Shown: positions 59,672-64,000 of the stretch, piece by piece
How positions within the stretch are numbered: the first letter of the stretch is position 1
How the letters are laid out: each line of letters begins with the position of its first letter
Assembly: GCA_965263035.1 (NCBI GenBank)
Contig: OZ253580.1
Span: 1,664,001-1,728,000 of the forward strand
DNA from: Acidobacteriota bacterium
Lineage (GTDB): Bacteria; Acidobacteriota; UBA6911; RPQK01; JAJDTT01
DNA length: 64,000 nucleotides
Direction: 5' to 3'
Notes under the pieces: generated by a model
What the model saw: only the letters and a program-made list of their open reading frames with translations
Database searches by the model: none
What the model was told of the DNA's origin: nothing
Program-made: the position numbers and the translations under genes

Positions 59672-59700
59672 AAAGTAGCAACTGGTAGCTACCAGTTCAA
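59672..59700 (-). promoter_or_regulatory. Leaderless sigma-70 promoter with palindromic operator
   Basis: TTGAAC-N17-TACTTT, then 7 nt, then ATG; perfect palindrome AACTGGTAGCTACCAGTT at 59680..59697. Confidence 0.75.
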
Positions 59701-59823
59701 GCTGTGCCCACGTGACCAATACGATTATGGACCCGATGTTTCGCATCTATCTGCCGAAACTCCTCGCCAAGACCCGCTTGAACTTCGAGTGAGCGGCGCC
59801 GGTGGCCCGACGAGAAATACGGG

Positions 59824-60942
59824 TCAGGCGGAACTCTTTTCTTTCTTCCAAAGTTTGTACAAACCCAGAGTCATCAACGGCACGATGTAGACCACCATGA
59901 ATCCCCAGCTGACCGCTCCGTAGCCCTTGGCGACCAAGTGGACCAGCCCGAATGTCGACAGCGCCAGTCCCACGAGGAGAAGACCTGTGGCAACCAGGGG
60001 CCTGACCCGTCGAGGAAGGTCTCTCCCCCGAGCCTGTAGAGCCGACTGCAAGCGTTGGTTGACGGAATGAATCATTCCCGTCCCGGTCTCGACCAGAGTT
60101 CCCAGCAGGACCACCTGAAAGACGATGAGGAAAAGGGGCAGTTGGGCTTCGCGCAAGATGTAGACCGCCGGGATCTCCTGGGAAAGCACCTGTGGATAGT
60201 GGCCGACGATGGCGAGGTAGAAGAGCAAGCCGGGGAAAATTCCGATCACGCCGCCGAGGAGACCTGCTCCGACGGCCTGCCGCCGGCTCTTGATGTGATG
60301 CGTGGCGAATAGAACCGCAGGAATCGCACCCAGGTTGTAGAAACCGTACTTGAACGCCCCCACGACCCAGAGGGAGGAATCGATCCCGGTGGAGAGGCTG
60401 TCTCGAATCTCGGCACCGAAGCGGAGGAAGCACAGAACGAAGAAGACCAAATAAACTCCGTAGAGGAGCAGCGACCACCCGGAGAGAAACTTCTCGATCA
60501 GGCCCGTTCCCTTGAAGGTGAGAAATCCGACGGAAGCCAGCATGATCGCGACCCCGAGCAGGTAGGGAAGGCCGAAGTTGTCACGCAATAGAACTCCCGC
60601 GGTGGAGCCGATCACCGCCAATACGATGAGCAGCAGAATCAGATAGAGAACTTCGAAGCTGTACCAGAAACGGCCCAGCAACTGGAGGAAGAAGGTTCGA
60701 TAGTCATGTGCCCGGTAGATCCTTGCGAATTCGATGGAGACGGCCAGAACCACCGACCACATCACGGTACTGATGAAAATCATTCCCAGCAGTCCGCCGA
60801 CGGGTCCGTAGTTGAGGAAGTACTCCACCATTTCCCGTCCCGTCCCGTATCCCCCGGCGATGATCACCGACTGGAATACGATTCCGGGTAGCACGTAGGC
60901 CTTGAACACGGACGTGAATCTATTGCGTTGCACGGCAGTCAT
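59824..60942 (-). CDS. YkvI-like polytopic membrane protein (putative transporter)
   Basis: PGIVFQSVIIAGGYGTGREMVEYF motif, about 10 hydrophobic segments, LVAKGYG. Confidence 0.8.
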   Translation of the reverse strand: MTAVQRNRFTSVFKAYVLPGIVFQSVIIAGGYGTGREMVEYFLNYGPVGGLLGMIFISTVMWSVVLAVSIEFARIYRAHDYRTFFLQLLGRFWYSFEVLYLILLLIVLAVIGSTAGVLLRDNFGLPYLLGVAIMLASVGFLTFKGTGLIEKFLSGWSLLLYGVYLVFFVLCFLRFGAEIRDSLSTGIDSSLWVVGAFKYGFYNLGAIPAVLFATHHIKSRRQAVGAGLLGGVIGIFPGLLFYLAIVGHYPQVLSQEIPAVYILREAQLPLFLIVFQVVLLGTLVETGTGMIHSVNQRLQSALQARGRDLPRRVRPLVATGLLLVGLALSTFGLVHLVAKGYGAVSWGFMVVYIVPLMTLGLYKLWKKEKSSA

Positions 60943-61139
60943 GAGATCGTGGCCGGACGTCTTGTCGAAAACATCGGCAGAGTCCGGTTTCTATACGATA
61001 AATATTTATATATCAATATCTTAAAGAGTGCCTAAAGTACGATCTTATGGCCGCAGAGTGTATCAGAACAAAGAGGTGGGTTCACAATATGGGCCGCTCC
61101 AAGTCGCCCTGAATAAGATAGAGTACGCTGTCGCGCGGA

Positions 61140-62130
61140 ATGATGAACGGGCAGAGAAACCAGCAGGAGATCGGCGTTACCCTCAGCAGACTGGGTGTTC
61201 CCGCCGGTGAGATCCGGCGCGTGGAAACGATCTCCGTCCGTCCCGGCCATCGTCTCTACAGAATTCACACTCGCCGACGCTCGTATATTCTCAAGTCGTT
61301 CCCCGTCAAGAACCCGGGAAACGAGATCAAGGGCTACGGTCTCCTCCGGCAACTCGGTGTACCCACCATAGACGTCATCGCGATGACGGGACCGATCGCC
61401 TGCCGGAAGATCTCACCTGTAGCAAAGAGTGGAGGTTGGCCACCGAGCTGGACGCCGGGGATCGGCACGTGGGTCGAGCGGTCGCCCGCTGGTACTGGTA
61501 CTTCCACGAGAAAGGCTCGGCTCTGGCGGAATCCGGCTCGGGGCCGCCGCCGTTCCTCAAACGAGAAGAGGATCTGCTCGATCGCGCCAGCATCGAATCG
61601 GCGGGCCGCGCCTTGGGTCTTTCCCGCCTGGATTCGTGGCGTCTCGCGGCCGGCCACATCGACCTTCTGAAACTCATCCTGTCCAATTTCGGGACGACCC
61701 TGAACTACAACGACTTCCACTGGACGAACTTGGCCCTGAGCAGGAATTCCGGCACCGGAATGGAAGCCATGGTGTTCGACTACGACCTGCTCGGAATCGG
61801 CACCCGTTACAGCGACGTCCGCAATGCGGTGGGGTCCTTGTCGGGGGAAGCGATCACGGGGTTCCAAGAGGTCTACGGAAGCGTCGATCCCGGCGAGATG
61901 ACGCTCGACCGGCCCCTGGCCACCCTGTATGCGCTGGTGTCAGCGGCAAGGATGGCGACTTCCCAAAGTGGGCTGAAGAAAGCAGACAGGCCGTCTTGAA
62001 CGGTACCTTCAAGACGGATCTGCTCCAGGCAGTCGGCTTGGTAAGTGACGAGAGGAAAAGGGATGCGACGATTCCTACGGCCAATCAAGCAACCATAAAA
62101 CCAACCAAGCCGAAACCATACCCGTTATAA
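61140..62130 (+). pseudogene. Aminoglycoside/choline phosphotransferase-like gene broken by two frameshifts
   Basis: Frame 1 LYRI...YILK...EIKGYGLL..LGVP; shift near 61390-61400 to EDL...YNDFHWTN...VFDYD; second shift near 61950-61975 to FPKWAEES. Confidence 0.6.
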
Positions 62131-62342
62131 ATCCGACCACTAACTGCTTGATCGTGCTCCAATCGCGTATAGCCATATCGTCAGCGCCATCCTTTCCCCA
62201 AGTTGCCCGTGCATTCGACGGCGGAAAATTCTAATGCATGGGAACCCTCACTATAAACGATCCTGGAAAAGCTGAACGTTTGCGCTACGATGATCGTCAC
62301 TACAACGTCACCCGCGCGAGTTCGGCTAAAGGAGGGACCCCC

Positions 62343-63356
62343 ATGCCAAGAACGATCCCCATTGCCCTCATTTCCGTCCTGTTCGGCGCCACCATGGTGG
62401 CCGTTCAACTGCCTCCCCACGTGATGTTGGACCGCCATCTGTTGCACTCGGAACGGCTGCTGGCTCAAGGAGACCCGGTAAGGGCCCTCGAAGCGATGCA
62501 GAAGGCCCTTGATCTGAAGATGGATCGCGATCTCGAGTTGCCGGAGGATTTCGACTTCAAGTATGCGGAGGTGGCCTTCTCGGCCGGCTCGCTGCAGGCC
62601 GCCATGGACTCCGTGAACCGGTATTTGAGAGTGGCCGCGAGGGAAGACCGCTTCTACCGGGAGGCGCTGGAGTTGTCGCTCGATATCGAGGCCAATCTGC
62701 CGGCACAGAACTCGTGCTCGGACCGACCCAAGGGCGCCGAGTGCTGGATGGAGTTGGCCAAACAGCCAGGATGCCACGTCTGGAATTCCGACCTCCAGCC
62801 CGACGAGACCGTCACCTGGTCATCCATTTGTGCCAGGAGCGTGGCCCAAGGGACGGGGACGATCAAACGAGTCTGGAACAACGGCAAATCAACTGTTGAA
62901 GGAACCGGACGTCTCCAGTACGGCAAGCGGCAGGGCGACTGGGTCGTGCGCGAAGCAAACGGGGATGTCTCGGAAGGACCTTACGTCGCCGGCCTGAAAC
63001 ACGGCCTCTGGGTCGAGCGCCGGGCCGACGGCGCCGTCTGGAAAGGCTCCTATGTGGCCGGCGTGAGGCAAGGCCGGTGGGTCGTCCGCGAAGCCTATCG
63101 CAGCGTCTGGGAAGGACCCTACGTGGACGGCATGAGGAACGGCGACTGGGTCGTCCGCCATGCCGACGGCGGGGTTTGGGAAGGGCCCTACTTCGACGAC
63201 AAGATGCACGGCGATTGGGTCTGGCGCCTTGCGGACGGGGGTGTCTGGAAGGGGCAATACATGTACGGCGAGATGGACGGTGACTGGCTCATTCGCAACA
63301 AGGACGGAAGCACCAGCAACGTCTACTACCGGAACGGTGTGGCGTACTACGAATAG
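62343..63356 (+). CDS. Exported protein with helical N-domain, Cys-containing linker and MORN-like 23-aa repeats
   Basis: GGAGGG RBS; signal peptide; five to six GxWVxRxADGxVxEGPYVxGxxH units. Confidence 0.78.
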   Translation: MPRTIPIALISVLFGATMVAVQLPPHVMLDRHLLHSERLLAQGDPVRALEAMQKALDLKMDRDLELPEDFDFKYAEVAFSAGSLQAAMDSVNRYLRVAAREDRFYREALELSLDIEANLPAQNSCSDRPKGAECWMELAKQPGCHVWNSDLQPDETVTWSSICARSVAQGTGTIKRVWNNGKSTVEGTGRLQYGKRQGDWVVREANGDVSEGPYVAGLKHGLWVERRADGAVWKGSYVAGVRQGRWVVREAYRSVWEGPYVDGMRNGDWVVRHADGGVWEGPYFDDKMHGDWVWRLADGGVWKGQYMYGEMDGDWLIRNKDGSTSNVYYRNGVAYYE

Positions 63357-63431
63357 GTTGGCCCGGAGTTCGGATGTGTTCTGGAGAAATTCGGTTTTTT
63401 CCCGGCGCCGGCCGTGAGTGAACGAAAACAG

Positions 63432-63495
63432 ATGGGAGAGGGGGTTTTCAACCCCCAGTTCCGGGGTGGGGGGGGCTGAAAGTCCCCCCTCCTAG
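63432..63495. repeat. REP/REPIN-like pair
   Basis: TGGGAGAGGGGGTTTTCAACCCCC and GGGGGGCTGAAAGTCCCCCCTCCTAG. Confidence 0.72.
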
Positions 63496-63662
63496 GAGCC
63501 TGCGCCGCAGAAATTGATCTACTGCGAAAGCGGTAGAATCGGTCCATATTTCCCCGCTTTCTCGGCGAATAGAACGACTATGCACCTCCAAATCGAGAAA
63601 ATCCGGCCTCGATTTCCCGCTTTCCCGCTTTCCCGCTACGATCATTTCTACCGCGCAGACTC
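63496..63662. mobile_element. MITE family B, copy 2, with CTAG duplication
   Basis: Same TIRs as 35788..35946; CTAG at 63492-63495 and 63663-63666; extra TTTCCCGC unit. Confidence 0.88.
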
Positions 63663-64000
63663 CTAGTAGGACGGAAGAGGGCGCCGGAGCGGTAGGACGG
63701 GCAACGTCGTGAAGATCCGGTTGTCGGCGTCCATCTCCAAGGCCACTCCGGTGAACTTTTCGTCTCCCAGCGTGCTGCAGCGCACCGTCCCCGTGAAGTC
63801 GGTCGTATCGGTCCGGGTGAACCACTCATCGATGAACCCGGCTGTCTGTCCGTTTCCTGGCAGCCCGATTTCCTTCTCTTCCAGCACCTCTCCGCCTCGC
63901 ATCAATTGACAGTCCACCTGGATCGGGTCCACGGCCGGGTTCTGGATCGCCGCTCCCGTGTTGATCCCCCCCGCCCGCCGGCGGACGGGAAAGATCGCTT
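63663..64000 (-). CDS. 3' end of a hypothetical protein (beta-rich C-terminal domain); start lies beyond the window
   Basis: Frame open to the edge: AIFPVRRRAGGINTGAAIQNP...FTGTVRCS...GVALEMD..NRIFTTLPVLP. Confidence 0.65.
   Translation of the reverse strand, partial: AIFPVRRRAGGINTGAAIQNPAVDPIQVDCQLMRGGEVLEEKEIGLPGNGQTAGFIDEWFTRTDTTDFTGTVRCSTLGDEKFTGVALEMDADNRIFTTLPVLPLRRPLPSY

Noticed and set aside
61140-62130. Functional aminoglycoside resistance gene
   Set aside because: Only generic kinase-fold motifs and the frame is broken twice.
62930-63320. Diversity-generating retroelement template/variable repeats
   Set aside because: Repeats are in-frame 69-bp protein repeats, differences are not adenine-specific, and there is no reverse transcriptase.
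1-64000. Prophage, integrative element, BGC or anti-phage defence island
   Set aside because: No integrase, phage structural, NRPS/PKS/RiPP or recognisable defence genes beyond one TA pair.

Overview
GC-rich bacterial DNA with about 35 protein-coding loci, no rRNA, tRNA or CRISPR array that I can see, no intact transposase and no dedicated transcription factor. Gene content (Oar-type TonB-dependent receptors, GWxTD proteins, CRTAC1/ASPIC-UnbV proteins, DUF1553-DUF1501 pairs, a PVC-type haem protein) suggests an Acidobacteriota-like organism (inference). The window is dominated by apparently exported C-N/C-O hydrolases: six CocE/NonD paralogues, three neutral-ceramidase-like proteins, an exported dimethylformamidase-beta homologue, a Tat serine hydrolase, a sulfatase, a DUF3604/PHP metallohydrolase and a GH109-like enzyme. 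These sit with two paralogous TonB receptors and a GWxTD-TPR-TBDR / GWxTD-haem protein module, which is my best candidate for an undescribed envelope uptake-and-processing system. Intergenic DNA carries a diversified REP/REPIN-like hairpin family that repeatedly abuts or supplies stop codons, plus three MITE families with TTAA or CTAG target sites. Three genes are broken by frameshifts or an in-frame stop (pseudogenes or assembly errors). A Phd-VapC toxin-antitoxin pair has a leaderless promoter with a perfect 18-bp palindrome. All calls are by eye from motifs; no searches were run and several start codons are my re-assignments.
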